A stretch of 64,000 bases of DNA from an uncultured Chthonomonadaceae bacterium (GTDB taxonomy: Bacteria > Armatimonadota > Chthonomonadetes > Chthonomonadales > Chthonomonadaceae), in NCBI GenBank assembly GCA_963835065.1, contig CAWIEK010000049.1, positions 729,146 through 793,145 on the forward strand, written 5' to 3'. The notes under the pieces were generated by a model. That model worked only from the letters and a program-made list of their open reading frames with translations, was not told the origin of the DNA and did not search any database. Within the stretch, counting starts at the first letter, position 1; every line of letters starts with the position of its first letter. Position numbers and translations under genes: made by a program. Shown here piece by piece: positions 9,953 through 20,865 of the stretch.

Positions 9953-9977
9953 TGCGTACTCGTTTCTAAATTTTTCA

Positions 9978-10018
9978 CCTCCGCTTTCGCAGGTAAAACC
10001 GCATTACGAAAGCGGAGG
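9978..10018. other. intercistronic stem-loop
   Basis: CCTCCGCTTTCG...CGAAAGCGGAGG 12-bp stem without a U tract. Confidence 0.5.
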
Positions 10019-10027
10019 CAAACGTTC

Positions 10028-11614
10028 CTAGTGGGCGGGATCGGAGTCCTTGCGGTTCCGCGCCCCCGCATGGGGCGTACCCGCATACGGGAAGGTGGTG
10101 TTGTAAATCTGATCGTTGTGGTCTATGTTATCGCCAACCAGAGTCACCGGGGAGTAGGACGGGCCACTGGCAACCGCCGTCAGCGCAACGTCTACGACAT
10201 CATCGCCAAGCCGCCGTCCGTTCGGCCAGCCGCCGGGAATGGACGCGCCCGCGCCATTGGTGATGGTGTCGCCGCCGATGAAGCCGAGACGACTGAAGAA
10301 GGCTTCGCCGGCAGCGCGCGCCGGTCCTGTCGTCGTGTCCACGCGAATGACATCCGGGATGTAGACAAGCGCCAGGTCAACGCGATTTGTGGTTGCGAAG
10401 TTGGTTCCGTACACCGCGTTGATCAGCACAGCCACTTCGGGATTCAGCGCGTAGGTTTTGTAGCGCGCCGCGTCGTTGGTCGGCGAATCACGGTTGTAGT
10501 TGTCTTTGTCCGCCAGCGCAACCAGCACCTCGTTGAACAGCGGATTGGCTTCGCGGTTCACCTGGATGTACGGCCCGGAATTGGAATTCGCGCCGGACGT
10601 GCTGCGCAGGGTAATGCGCGGGCGGCTGACACTGGCATAAACGCCCACGCCCATGCGCGCGCCAATACCGGGCAGGGCTTGTCCGCCGGTAAACGGAGCC
10701 TGGTACGTGAGCGGAGCCGGCAGTTGCGAGACGGGAATTTCAACGGCGTAATGCAGGACGTTGAAGCCCTTGAAGCCATCCACGCCGTTGCCGGCCTGCC
10801 CGAAAGTCCCTGACGGCGTTGGCAGCAAGATACGCGGATCAAGAAAGTCGAAGATGCCGGGGGTATCCGCGTAAAAGCCATCCTCGCGGGTTCCGCAGAA
10901 AGTCGTGAGGCTGCCGGGAAGATCGTACACCGTTTGCCGCGTATAGCGGTCCAGCGTGGCGCGCGAAGTGGCTCCAGATATGGCAAAACCGTAGTTGGGA
11001 TTGGTTGCGGGCGTTCCGCCCGTATCGTTGTAGAAGGGCGTCGTGCGCGCGCCAGCGTTGGCGGGCGGAACCTTCATGGAAGCGCCATTCACATCCGAAC
11101 TTATCGTTGTCGTTGCGCTGCCGATGGTTCGGGTCAGGGTATAGGTTTGCGTGAAGTTCTGGTGGTTGTCGTCCACGTTTATAATCGGGCCGGCATCCGG
11201 GTGGCCGCCGACATTCGCGCCCCGCCCATAGCGCAAAATCGTGTTCAGGTTCTTGTAGTTGCCTGTTATATCTACGGGCGAGAACTTGAAGTCATAGCGC
11301 TGCAGCTGCATGCCCGTATTCGGGTCGGCGATGTGGATACTGTACAGCGCGTCATCAGCGAAGGCTTCATACAAAACGCCGTCACCGGGTTCGGAGAAGG
11401 GACGGACGCTGACTTCACAGACCAGCACTTTTTCCAGTCCGCCGTTTGCCGTAGGACGATTGCGGATGAAGGCGTATACATCCGTCAGGTTGGCCTGCGG
11501 ATCGAGTTTGATGAGCGGCGCGTCGCTGTGGCTGGACGCCTGCGACAGTGTGCCGGGAAGAACCAGGGCCGCGCCCGCCAGCATCAGGGCGGCGCGTTTC
11601 CAAAAACGCATCAT
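10028..11614 (-). CDS. DUF4331 domain protein
   Basis: Signal peptide then ASSHSDAP, TDVYAF, GTREDGFY, QVNREANPLFNEV, WPNGRRLGDDVVD; start moved to the ATG after AAGGAG. Confidence 0.9.
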   Translation of the reverse strand: MMRFWKRAALMLAGAALVLPGTLSQASSHSDAPLIKLDPQANLTDVYAFIRNRPTANGGLEKVLVCEVSVRPFSEPGDGVLYEAFADDALYSIHIADPNTGMQLQRYDFKFSPVDITGNYKNLNTILRYGRGANVGGHPDAGPIINVDDNHQNFTQTYTLTRTIGSATTTISSDVNGASMKVPPANAGARTTPFYNDTGGTPATNPNYGFAISGATSRATLDRYTRQTVYDLPGSLTTFCGTREDGFYADTPGIFDFLDPRILLPTPSGTFGQAGNGVDGFKGFNVLHYAVEIPVSQLPAPLTYQAPFTGGQALPGIGARMGVGVYASVSRPRITLRSTSGANSNSGPYIQVNREANPLFNEVLVALADKDNYNRDSPTNDAARYKTYALNPEVAVLINAVYGTNFATTNRVDLALVYIPDVIRVDTTTGPARAAGEAFFSRLGFIGGDTITNGAGASIPGGWPNGRRLGDDVVDVALTAVASGPSYSPVTLVGDNIDHNDQIYNTTFPYAGTPHAGARNRKDSDPAH

Positions 11615-11797
11615 GACTGTCTCCTTTATCTGCCTGTGTTGCAATGATAGCAATGGCAGCGAGAACAAAGCAGCGCCAAGCAGTTGATAGTTGATAGTTC
11701 GTAGTTGATAGCAAGACAGGAACTACGAACTTTCACCGCCCTGCCGTTTAGAACCAGAAGCAAACTTATCGCCGTCAGTCCTGTGGGGACGGTGGGG

Positions 11798-12322
11798 TTA
11801 CTTACCCCGGCTGCGGCGTCTGCGGATTGCGAAACACGCTGCCGCGCCCAGGGAGCCAAGCAGCGCCATGCTGCCGGGTTCGGGAACTGCCGCAAGGGTC
11901 GTATCCGTTGTCGTGACAATGCCGCCGTTGACCAGATCGAGTTGGCTGGCGGTAAATACGCTGGATTGGGGCGCGACTAAACTGTCATAAGTGAAACCGC
12001 TTAACGGCGCTGCGGTGAAGAAGGCGCTGTCTTCAGTGTAATCCACCAGGCCCAGAACATTGTCCGTATAAAAACCTTGAAAGCCTACGGGAGCCGTCAC
12101 ATTCAAAGCGGTAGCGACACCAGGCAACACTTGAATGGTCACATCAAACAGATCATTCGCAGTGGCGTTGGTGATCGTATAGTCGTAATGGTACAGGCCA
12201 TTCGCTATCTGCGTCACCGTGGGAGTAACCGTTACCTGCGCGCGGGCGAAACCAGGCAGGATTGTAAGGCAGAGCGCGCCGGCTATGCCAAACGTGAGTT
12301 TGTACTGCATGCGTCGAGTCAT
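11798..12322 (-). CDS. PEP-CTERM sorting-domain protein
   Basis: Signal peptide; C-terminal VPEPGS + TM + RRRR. Confidence 0.9.
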   Translation of the reverse strand: MTRRMQYKLTFGIAGALCLTILPGFARAQVTVTPTVTQIANGLYHYDYTITNATANDLFDVTIQVLPGVATALNVTAPVGFQGFYTDNVLGLVDYTEDSAFFTAAPLSGFTYDSLVAPQSSVFTASQLDLVNGGIVTTTDTTLAAVPEPGSMALLGSLGAAACFAIRRRRSRGK

Positions 12323-12607
12323 ACTTGCAGCCTTTCGAAAAGTGCGTTGCGTGGTATTTAGAATTAATGCGGTTACTGTCAAATTTCTCGTATTTCTCCT
12401 TTCCCACATTTTGCCCATGTTGAAAATGCCGGCAATAAATCTACCGGGCAGCCAATTCTCAACATAGCCTACGCCCGCCAATGAACAACGTTCCTGTAAA
12501 TGGATCGAATTTACAGTTTTGGTCAACAACCCGCACTATTGCTAGGCGGGCTGTTGACATCATTGACAGTTCGCCCCCTGTTCGCCAACTATGCGAATGG
12601 GAACTAC

Positions 12608-13534
12608 TTACGATGCGGTTTTGATGTTGCCGTTCAGGCCGGCGGGGAAGAAGCCGCCACTGCTGGACGTGCTGCTGACGCTCTGCGGCTTGAGGTACAC
12701 AATCCGCAGCACCTGGCTGGTGTTGCGGGAAAAGGCGATGGCGTTGCTGTCGGTCGGAACGATGTTGGCGTTGCCGTTGTTATCCACCACACCCTGATCG
12801 TCCGCCGCCCCGCTGGCGGTGGCCCGCAACGCCGAAATCTTCCCCGCGATCCCCTGCGCCGTCGCGCCCAGACCGTAGATGATGGTGCGTATCTCGCTGG
12901 CATGGTACGCTTCCACCGCCAGGATACCTGCCGCAGCGGACAGGTACGTCTTGTTGGTCAGCAGGGGGGCCGCGCCATGATAGGCCGTCACGCCCACATC
13001 CTCGAAGATGAACGCGCCCAATAGGAAGTTCACTTCGCTGGCGAACGGATCGAACGTGCTGCCGATGCCCGCCGCCGTTGCCGCCGCGTTGAAGGAGTTC
13101 AGCAGATCAATGCTGGGCGCGGAAACGGCTGCGGTTCCTAATGCCGAGCGCAGGAAGCGGACATGGGCGAGTTCATCGGCGGCGATTTCCGCTGCGTACT
13201 GCGCGAAGGCAGGGGTCTGAAACGGAACCTTGGGATTGCTCTTGATGGTCGTCGCGCCTGCGCCCGTGCCCAGGTCCGTGGCGGACAGCCCGCTGCCGGT
13301 CACGGCAGATTGGTAGTACTGGGCTTCGAGGTACTCCAGGTTGAGGGCGAAGTTGAGTACGTCGGCGTCGGTGACGGCGCTTTGCGCGTTGCTGGTGGAG
13401 TGCCCGCCGCCGCAGGCCGCGAGTCCGAAGCCACCGGCGGCGCTGAGGGTGGCGAGGCTGAGTTGCTGGATCATGGCGCGGCGGCTGACGCGGCGCTCTT
13501 CTACGAGGTCGCGTAGTTCTTGTACAATACCCAT
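12608..13534 (-). CDS. ferritin-like domain Tat lipoprotein (desiccation-related PCC13-62 type)
   Basis: SRRAM twin-Arg, GLAAC lipobox, [38 protein letters not shown]. Confidence 0.88.
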   Translation of the reverse strand: MGIVQELRDLVEERRVSRRAMIQQLSLATLSAAGGFGLAACGGGHSTSNAQSAVTDADVLNFALNLEYLEAQYYQSAVTGSGLSATDLGTGAGATTIKSNPKVPFQTPAFAQYAAEIAADELAHVRFLRSALGTAAVSAPSIDLLNSFNAAATAAGIGSTFDPFASEVNFLLGAFIFEDVGVTAYHGAAPLLTNKTYLSAAAGILAVEAYHASEIRTIIYGLGATAQGIAGKISALRATASGAADDQGVVDNNGNANIVPTDSNAIAFSRNTSQVLRIVYLKPQSVSSTSSSGGFFPAGLNGNIKTAS

Positions 13535-13782
13535 TTGAACGATTCTCCTGTTCTTACTGCTTTCGTCATGGAAATGAAAGTCCCGCAGAGACACCTCTGA
13601 CTCTTTCGGGTGGAGTGAGCAACCGGCAATCCGGCGGGATTGCTTTTTCCTAGTACGCGAGTTATAGGGGCTTGTCAGCACATGCACGTATAATACGTCA
13701 GTTATAAGGAGCGCTGCCATGTGCCTTGTGTCAAAGCATCCCTGTAAATCAGTATGGAACAGGCGTAACGATGTTTTCCAGA

Positions 13783-15906
13783 CTAAAAACTGCTCATTTT
13801 TTGTCCATCTTTGCCGGTTTCGCCGATTTCTTTCAGCCAGAGCCGTTCGACGACATGCGCGATGCCTTCGAGCAGGTGGCGGCGGTAGGTGCTGAAAGGG
13901 AGTTGGAGCAAATCGGCAGCCTGTTCCTGCGTGGAAGCGGGGTTGAGGTAGGTGTGGTGAAGGGCGCGATAGCCTCGCGCTAATTTGGGGGAGGACTGGC
14001 AGGACAGGGCGGCTTCCGTGACAAGCGCAATCAGAGCGTTGGCCTTAACAGAATCATCCGCGTTGCTTTGGGCGCGTTCCAGAACGAGGCGGGAGCGCAG
14101 CAGGGGATTGTGGCGCAGCGATTCCGGCTGCTGCAGGTGGCGCAAGGCTTCCCGGACGGCGGCTCCGAACTCCGGCTCACTGAGAACGAGAAGCGTTTCG
14201 CCGCGAGGGGGCGCAATCTGTCTTTCTCCCGCTGTTTCCTGTTCCGCGAGTATAGACAGCCACACGGTCAAGGGCAGAGTCCGCCAATCGTGTCCGAACA
14301 CGCCGTACTTTCGTTCGCCGACAACAAAATCCGCTTGTGGCAGCGCTTGCTTCTGCGCGTAGGCGAGAACGGGCGTCCAGAACTCGGTATCACGGCAGGG
14401 GAAAAAGGTAAAGGCGAGATGGGGCGTGGTCAGGTCGTGGCGCACCATGTTGACGACGATGAGGCTTTGAATCGGCGATACGTCCTGATAAGTGTCGCGG
14501 GCCATCCAGAAGCGATAATACAGAGCGGTTTCGCCGGGGCGGAGAGGGGCAGATTTTTCCAGATAATGACAGGCGGCTTTAATGGCGGGGTCCTGCTGTT
14601 TCTGTTGCGCGTCCACTTTGTCAAGCATTACCATCATCACAAAGCCCAGGGGTTCCGTGACGGTTCGCGCTTCGAGGCTTTCCCGAAACACGATGGTTTG
14701 CTGGCAGGGCTGGCCGAGCCAATACTTTACAATGCGCGCGGATTCCAACCCCTCCTGCTTTTCCGTCATGGCAATGAGGGCAGGCTTATCTTCCGGGCGG
14801 GCGAGTTCTGCAAAGGCGGCATTGTCGTGCCACTGAAAGGCGGAGCGCACGATGGCATTGTCGCGGTGCAGAAAGATATAGTCCATCAGGATACGCTGCT
14901 GCTCCTGCCCCTGCGTTTCCTTGAGTCGGGCCGTGTAATAGGCGCGGGCGCGGGAGTGCAGGTCGGCGTAGCGTTCGGGGTTGCGCCAGCGCAATTCGGA
15001 AAGCAAGGCTTCACGCGCTATGTCATGCGGAAACAGGCCGCGCGAGCCGGCTTCCATAAAGGAAAGGCCGCGCAGCCAGCGAAACAGAGTCGGCGCGTCG
15101 GCTTCGGGATTCAGTTCGGCGAGCAGGGACTCGGTGGTGAGATGCACAAGGGCGCAGGTTTCCAGGGCGGCGCGATGGTCGGCGTCGGGCACTTTTTGGA
15201 GGAGCCGTTCGAGCAGGGTGGTCACAACATCCTGGGCGCTGTCTCTATCAAAGCGCAGGCTGCCGCGCTGCGCGAACACATCGGCGACAAGGGAAAGGGC
15301 AAGCGGGAAGCCGTGCGTCCATTCCAAAATGGCGGCCTGTTGATTGGCAGGAATGGCATGCTGCTCAAGGTACGCGCAGCTTTCCTCCGGGGATAAATTC
15401 CGCAAGGCGATTGTCCGCAGCATCTCCTGCCATCCCAACTCACTGCGCCAGCCGGACGTGGGCGGCATCCGTCCTGAAAGTACGACGAGTATGTCACCGG
15501 ACAAGCCGGGCACGAAAATCTCGCGTATCCATCCATCCAGGCCATCCAGCGCCTCATACGTATCCACAAACAAGACGGCGCGGGAGGAAAGGGCGTTGAG
15601 CGCGTTTACAGGATCGCCGGACGGTTCCAGGCCAAGCGCGTGGGCAAGGGCTTGCAGGAAAGAAGCGGGAGTCGGCTCGATGTTGCGGGCGTCCAGACGG
15701 ATGGCGCGAATTTCGCGCGTTTTGCACAGCGCGGTAAACACATTGAGGAGGGTGGTTTTGCCCACGCCGCCGGGTCCGTAAATATGCAAAACGCAGCAGG
15801 CAAGCTCTTCGGGTTCCAAAATGGACAGGAAAACCGCGACTTCCTCGGCTCGCCCCACCCATTGCTGGTGGCGGGCGGCGCGCAAACGCTCTCCAATGTT
15901 CGTCAA
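13783..15906 (-). CDS. AAA/STAND-like ATP-binding regulator with C-terminal HTH
   Basis: [28 protein letters not shown]-terminal [23 protein letters not shown] start after GGAGGAG. Confidence 0.8.
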   Translation of the reverse strand: MTNIGERLRAARHQQWVGRAEEVAVFLSILEPEELACCVLHIYGPGGVGKTTLLNVFTALCKTREIRAIRLDARNIEPTPASFLQALAHALGLEPSGDPVNALNALSSRAVLFVDTYEALDGLDGWIREIFVPGLSGDILVVLSGRMPPTSGWRSELGWQEMLRTIALRNLSPEESCAYLEQHAIPANQQAAILEWTHGFPLALSLVADVFAQRGSLRFDRDSAQDVVTTLLERLLQKVPDADHRAALETCALVHLTTESLLAELNPEADAPTLFRWLRGLSFMEAGSRGLFPHDIAREALLSELRWRNPERYADLHSRARAYYTARLKETQGQEQQRILMDYIFLHRDNAIVRSAFQWHDNAAFAELARPEDKPALIAMTEKQEGLESARIVKYWLGQPCQQTIVFRESLEARTVTEPLGFVMMVMLDKVDAQQKQQDPAIKAACHYLEKSAPLRPGETALYYRFWMARDTYQDVSPIQSLIVVNMVRHDLTTPHLAFTFFPCRDTEFWTPVLAYAQKQALPQADFVVGERKYGVFGHDWRTLPLTVWLSILAEQETAGERQIAPPRGETLLVLSEPEFGAAVREALRHLQQPESLRHNPLLRSRLVLERAQSNADDSVKANALIALVTEAALSCQSSPKLARGYRALHHTYLNPASTQEQAADLLQLPFSTYRRHLLEGIAHVVERLWLKEIGETGKDGQKMSSF

Positions 15907-15926
15907 TGTCGCGCTCCTCCATTTTT

Positions 15927-16334
15927 TTACGCGCCAATCGCCCTGACAATTGCTTCTTTCAGGCTTTGATATTCTTCCGGGGAAAGAACGCGATGCGCCC
16001 CCTCCACAAAACTCGGCGGGCCTTTCCATTCGGGGTCGGTTTCATAGCGCGGCATGAAATGGCAGTGCAAGTGCGGAACCATATTGCCCAACATGCTCAA
16101 GTTCAGCTTTATGGGCTGACAGACTTGGGCAATCGCCCTGCCAATTCGCGCTTGATCCTCCACCCACTGCCCCCGCTCTTCCGCCGTCAGATCGTACAAT
16201 TCCGTCGCATGACGCCGAAACACGAGAACGCAATATCCCCGGTAATCGGCATCGTTCTTCAAATGGACGCGCCCACTCGCCAATTCCGCAACCACATCCG
16301 CGCCATCCCTATCCGGGCACATCGGACAATCCAT
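15927..16334 (-). CDS. HIT family protein
   Basis: CPMC and VPHLHCH histidine triad. Confidence 0.9.
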   Translation of the reverse strand: MDCPMCPDRDGADVVAELASGRVHLKNDADYRGYCVLVFRRHATELYDLTAEERGQWVEDQARIGRAIAQVCQPIKLNLSMLGNMVPHLHCHFMPRYETDPEWKGPPSFVEGAHRVLSPEEYQSLKEAIVRAIGA

Positions 16335-16348
16335 ACCAACCTCCAATC

Positions 16349-16609
16349 AGAAGAAAAGAAGAAGAGAAGAAAAGGAGAAAAGGAGAAAAGGAGAATAGAC
16401 AAGATTAAAAGGATTTTCAGGATTAAACAGGATTACACAAGAGAAGGAATCATTCTCTGCTATTCTAATCCGTGTCCATCCGTTGTATCCGTTACCTCCG
16501 TGGTTTGGCCTTTTGTATTTCCTTTTTTCGTCTTGGTTCGTGTGTTTCGCGGTTCCCAATCTCCTTTTCTTTTCTTCTTCTCTTCTTTGCTGCTTTGCTG
16601 CTTTGCGGT
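16349..16609. repeat. composite tandem-repeat intergenic element
   Basis: GAAAAGGA/GAAGAAAA, CAGGATT, ATCCGT, TTCGTG and CTTTGCTG blocks; purine arm opposed to pyrimidine arm. Confidence 0.75.
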
Positions 16610-17635
16610 TTATTTTCCTAATGTGACGGGCTGGCCGGTTTGGATAGATTCGAGGGCGGCCAGCGCGATTTGCACAGCGGCCATGCCGTCCTGCGGCGTG
16701 ATGCTTGGCGTGATGCCCGCTTCGAGACAATCGAGGAAATGCTGCAATTCGGCCTGATAGGGGTTGAGGTTGGTGGGGCTTTCGGGTACGGCCACGCCGG
16801 GGCGGGGCGTGTCGCTGTCGGCTTCCGTCGCGTTCAAGGCCATGCGGAACGGTACGCCCGTCGGCTGGTTGAAGTTGTATTCGGCCAATCCCGCGTCACC
16901 GGCGATTTCCAGTCCCACTTTGAAGCCGCTCGGATCGTTCCACGTGCCTTCCACATGCGCGATAGCCCCGCTTACAAAGCGCAGCGTGACCAGCGCGTAA
17001 TCGTAGCCGGGCAGTTTCGTGGACGCGCAGCCTTTGGCGTACACGCGCTCCACTTCGCCGAACGTCCAGCGCAGCCAGTCGAAATCATGGATAATCAGGT
17101 CGAGGATGCAGCCGCCGCTCCAATCGAATTTGGCGTACCAGTCGTTCCAGGCGCGCGGCATCGCCCCGCCCCGCCGGGTTCGGATGGCGGCAGGCTGTCC
17201 CACATACCCGCCCTCAACGCCCCGTTTGGCAAGCGCGTATTCCGGGAAAAAGCGCAGCACGTGGGCGACAAAAAGTGGCACGTTCGCCAGTTCACACGCG
17301 GCAATCATGCGTTTGCACTCTTCTACGCTTCGCGCCATCGGCTTTTCCGTAGAAATGCCGCGCAACCCCCATTCCCCTGCCCGCTCCGCCGCCCGGCATA
17401 CATAATCCACATGCCAGGGCGTGGGACAGCACACGTCCACAACATCAGGCCGCGTTTCCGTCAGCATCGCGTCAAAATCGGTATAGGGCGCAGCGCCGTG
17501 CTTGCCTGCCAATGCCTGCGCCGCTTCCAGTCGCGTGTCCATGACGCCGACAAGTTCCGCGTTTGCGATCTTTCCATAGCAGCCCGCATGCATCCCCGCC
17601 ATGCCGCCCGCCCCCACCAGCGCCACTTTCAACAT
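16610..17635 (-). CDS. Gfo/Idh/MocA oxidoreductase
   Basis: VGAGGMA, EKPMA, DLIIHDFD. Confidence 0.93.
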   Translation of the reverse strand: MLKVALVGAGGMAGMHAGCYGKIANAELVGVMDTRLEAAQALAGKHGAAPYTDFDAMLTETRPDVVDVCCPTPWHVDYVCRAAERAGEWGLRGISTEKPMARSVEECKRMIAACELANVPLFVAHVLRFFPEYALAKRGVEGGYVGQPAAIRTRRGGAMPRAWNDWYAKFDWSGGCILDLIIHDFDWLRWTFGEVERVYAKGCASTKLPGYDYALVTLRFVSGAIAHVEGTWNDPSGFKVGLEIAGDAGLAEYNFNQPTGVPFRMALNATEADSDTPRPGVAVPESPTNLNPYQAELQHFLDCLEAGITPSITPQDGMAAVQIALAALESIQTGQPVTLGK

Positions 17636-17732
17636 GCCGTCTTCCTCCCTTCAAATCCGCAGTAACTTTCTGGAATGAGGTACGACAAAGGCGGCGGTAA
17701 ATCCTGCCTGCGCAGCAAACATGCCAACATAA

Positions 17733-17765
17733 ATACGGCGCGAAGCAAATTGCTTCGCGCCGTAT
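17733..17765 (-). terminator. intrinsic terminator
   Basis: Perfect inverted repeat ATACGGCGCGAAGCAA/TTGCTTCGCGCCGTAT downstream of the prepilin gene, T-rich tail on minus strand. Confidence 0.7.
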
Positions 17766-17792
17766 CCTTTGTTACGGGCCAATCAGGACTAC

Positions 17793-18701
17793 TTACGGGC
17801 AGGCCGCGCCGGGAGTGCGGCAATGGGCGACCAGGAACTCGCCCGGATCATTGACAGTGGGAACCCATCCCTCTTTTTGCGGCTTCTTGGACTTCACATG
17901 CCCATCACAGTACAGGTAGTTGGATTGAGTGGTGTGCCAGCCTGCCGCGCCATGCACATCACAATCGTACTTGCCGCCATAGAACTTTGCCTTGCAGGTG
18001 GCGTCTGTGTTATAAAAGCCGCCGACGGACTCCCATGTTCCCGCGCGGCCTGTGTAGCCGTTGTACAAATCCGTAGATTGTTCGGGAATTCCCTCGAATA
18101 TCAGGTCGGTGCTTGCGGGGAAACCAATGGCAGCCTGCGAAATGCCGCCGGGCAGGTAGTTCAAAACGGTATAGCCGGTCGGCCCGCCGGGAGCGGGAGC
18201 CGCATAGTTGTACGCATCCACGTCACCAACGGCGACATTTTTGGTGTTCGTTCCCGCCGCGCGCAGCAATCCGTTCATGCCGAAACTGCGCGGAAAGTTC
18301 AGGTAGTAGTTGCTTGCGCCCGAAACCGGCAGTGTGCCCATTGGTTTCAAAGGGTTGTCCGGGCAGTTGAAGACTTGCGCCAGGGATTTGCCCCGGTTTT
18401 TCAGGTATGGGTCGAGTACGGGGCTGTTGCCGAAGTTGTCGAGCGTGTCCCATGCGGCGGTGATGCCGCCGATGCCGCCGGGCGTGGGAAACTGCTCATC
18501 AAAATCCTGGGAATACATCAGGAACGCGGTTCCCAATTGCTTCAGGTTGGAAGCGCACGTAGACTGACGGGCTTTTTCGCGCGCCTGCGCGAAGACCGGG
18601 AAGAGAATAGCGGCGAGGATGGCGATAATGGCGATCACGACGAGCAACTCGATCAGGGTGAAACCACTGCGTTGCGGAAAACGTCGGTTTCTTAAAGACA
18701 T
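17793..18701 (-). CDS. prepilin-type N-terminal methylation / DUF1559 / H-X9-DG protein
   Basis: [46 protein letters not shown]. Confidence 0.93.
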   Translation of the reverse strand: MSLRNRRFPQRSGFTLIELLVVIAIIAILAAILFPVFAQAREKARQSTCASNLKQLGTAFLMYSQDFDEQFPTPGGIGGITAAWDTLDNFGNSPVLDPYLKNRGKSLAQVFNCPDNPLKPMGTLPVSGASNYYLNFPRSFGMNGLLRAAGTNTKNVAVGDVDAYNYAAPAPGGPTGYTVLNYLPGGISQAAIGFPASTDLIFEGIPEQSTDLYNGYTGRAGTWESVGGFYNTDATCKAKFYGGKYDCDVHGAAGWHTTQSNYLYCDGHVKSKKPQKEGWVPTVNDPGEFLVAHCRTPGAACP

Positions 18702-19120
18702 GCGTTCGGCTCCTTCTTAACTCGCAGAACATGGTGGATGATTTCTGGCGCGGTCATAGCCGCTGTACGGCGCTCCGATGTTGTGGCGCTGCCGCTTTTC
18801 TTAACTTCCTTTATTTTACCCACTAATTGTTAAGAAAATGTTAAGAAGAAGCGCGGAGTTGGAAATTTGTGACATTTTGCGCAGACTACCCGCCTGCCTT
18901 GACGCTGTATACGCGGACTGGTATACTGAAATGTCTGGTATACTGCAATCTACGACAATCGGCCTGTCTGAATGGAACAGGGTCGGTTGCCTTTTGCGTA
19001 TTATTGACATTGGCGCAGGGCTGTATTTGGTTTCTGTACTCGCCGGTTTTCGGTGTGACTGTTGTTTATGTCAACCTTTTTTGCCATCCATACGATTTTT
19101 GCGCGCAACGAGGTGCATAC

Positions 19121-19939
19121 TTGACTCAAGCGGCTAAAGGGAAAAAAGATTCTCTGCCTCCTATTCCCACCCTGGAACGACTGGCAACGTACCTGCGGTT
19201 CCTGATTGATCTGGAACAGTCCCATGTAGACACCATCACGTCTGCGGAACTGGAACGTCAAACCGGCATCAACGCGGCGCAGTTTCGGAAAGACCTGTAC
19301 TATCTAAAGCACCCCGGCAAGCCCGGCGTCGGCTACAACGTGCATGATTTGCAGGCGCGCATCACCCGGATTCTGCATATTGACCGCGAGCAGCGCATGA
19401 TTCTGGTCGGGGCGGGCAATCTCGGCTCCGCCCTGGTCGGCTATCCCGGCTTACAGGAACACCTCTTTAACCTGGTTGCCGTCTTCGACAACAATTACGG
19501 CAAAATCGGCAAGCCGATGTGGAACCTGCAAATTCTGGACGTGGAGCGCTTGCAGGAAGCCAATCAACTGCTTGGCGCGCGCATCGCCATTCTTGCCGTT
19601 CCCGCCCCTGCCGCGCAGAAAGTGGCCGATCAGATGGTGGAAGCGGGCATCCGCGCCATTTTGAATTTTGCCCCCGTCCTGCTGCGCGTACCCGGAAACG
19701 TGTTCGTGCGCAATGTCTCGTTTTTGCAGGAATTGGCCGTGCTGTCGTACCATCTTTCAGGAGCGCTGCCGCCCAATTCGTCCGCGCATCTGTTGGAACC
19801 GGGCGGGGATAATTATGTCATGCCCGCCAACGGCACAGCCGCCAATAACGGACATTCGGCGGACAACCCCCTTCCCATTCATATAGAAGACGCAAGGCCG
19901 GAGGCCGAACCGTCCACAGACGCGGCGGATACGGTGTAA
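19121..19939 (+). CDS. rex: redox-sensing transcriptional repressor Rex
   Basis: RLATYLRFL, AQFRKDL, GKPGVGYNV, VGAGNLGSAL, ILNFAP; TTG start after GAGG. Confidence 0.92.
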   Translation: MTQAAKGKKDSLPPIPTLERLATYLRFLIDLEQSHVDTITSAELERQTGINAAQFRKDLYYLKHPGKPGVGYNVHDLQARITRILHIDREQRMILVGAGNLGSALVGYPGLQEHLFNLVAVFDNNYGKIGKPMWNLQILDVERLQEANQLLGARIAILAVPAPAAQKVADQMVEAGIRAILNFAPVLLRVPGNVFVRNVSFLQELAVLSYHLSGALPPNSSAHLLEPGGDNYVMPANGTAANNGHSADNPLPIHIEDARPEAEPSTDAADTV

Positions 19940-19942
19940 CCC

Positions 19943-20608
19943 ATGCCGCTTCTCTTTCCACTTTATGCCAGCATTGTAGGCAAGCGGTGCGTAGTTGTTG
20001 GCGGCGGTGCGGTTGCCGCGCGCAAAGTGGCGGATTTGCTGGCGGCGGGCGCGCAGGTATGCGTGGTCAGCCCGGACGCAACGCCGATGATACAGCAACA
20101 CGCCCAATCCGGCCTGCTCGAATGGAAGGCCGCGCCGTATGCGCCCGAACATCTGCATGAAGCCTGGCTTGTGTTTGCCGCCACCAACATTCGCGCCGTC
20201 AACGCGCAAGTGTCGCAGGACGCGCAGGACCGCCATTGTTTCGTCAATGTCGCGGATGCGCCCGATGAGGGCAGTTTTCTCGTGCCAACCGTGGTACGGC
20301 GCGGCGATTTGTGCCTGAGCATATCTACGGGAGGCAACAATCCCCTGCTTGCCCGCAAGATAGCAGAGGAGTTGCAGGCGCAGTACGGGCCGGAGTACGG
20401 CCTGCTTGTGGAACTTTTGGGGCAGATGCGAGGCTATGTTAAATCAAGGACATTCGTTCCCGATCAGCGCCGACACGCTCTGTCGCAGCTTGTGGAGCGC
20501 GAATCCGAACTCCGCGCCCTGCTGCAAACAGGCAATGTTGAGGAAGCGCGAACTCTTGCGGAAGATATTGTAAATTTGGCGCTGACAGACGACACAGCAG
20601 GCCTGTGA
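19943..20608 (+). CDS. precorrin-2 dehydrogenase / sirohydrochlorin ferrochelatase (SirC, CysG N-terminal type)
   Basis: VVGGGAVAARK, VNVADAP, ISTGG. Confidence 0.9.
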   Translation: MPLLFPLYASIVGKRCVVVGGGAVAARKVADLLAAGAQVCVVSPDATPMIQQHAQSGLLEWKAAPYAPEHLHEAWLVFAATNIRAVNAQVSQDAQDRHCFVNVADAPDEGSFLVPTVVRRGDLCLSISTGGNNPLLARKIAEELQAQYGPEYGLLVELLGQMRGYVKSRTFVPDQRRHALSQLVERESELRALLQTGNVEEARTLAEDIVNLALTDDTAGL

Positions 20609-20865
20609 GAGACCAGTATATAACATCTCATCATTACCACAAGTTCTCTGCGGTGCGCCGGAATAAATTCTTGCGCTGCAAAAAACGATTGTCCTGCGGA
20701 CAAGGTTCCTTATTACAGGTTTGTGCCTGCGCAGCAGCCACTCGCTTTGTCCAGCGTAGGAATTTATTCCGGCGCACCGCAACCTGTCACGAACTTATGG
20801 GTAACGATAAGATTTGATATGCCCGACTCCGCGCAGGTCACACATCAGTCAATGGAGACAGCAGT

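Noticed and set aside
8897..10813. 638-aa plus-strand ORF and other long antisense ORFs (14068, 24459, 30473, 38609, 52717)
   Set aside because: Shadows of well-supported opposite-strand genes; no recognisable motifs.
13535..13700. Possible riboswitch in the ferritin-like leader (also 43825-43920)
   Set aside because: Hairpins are possible but no recognisable aptamer consensus.
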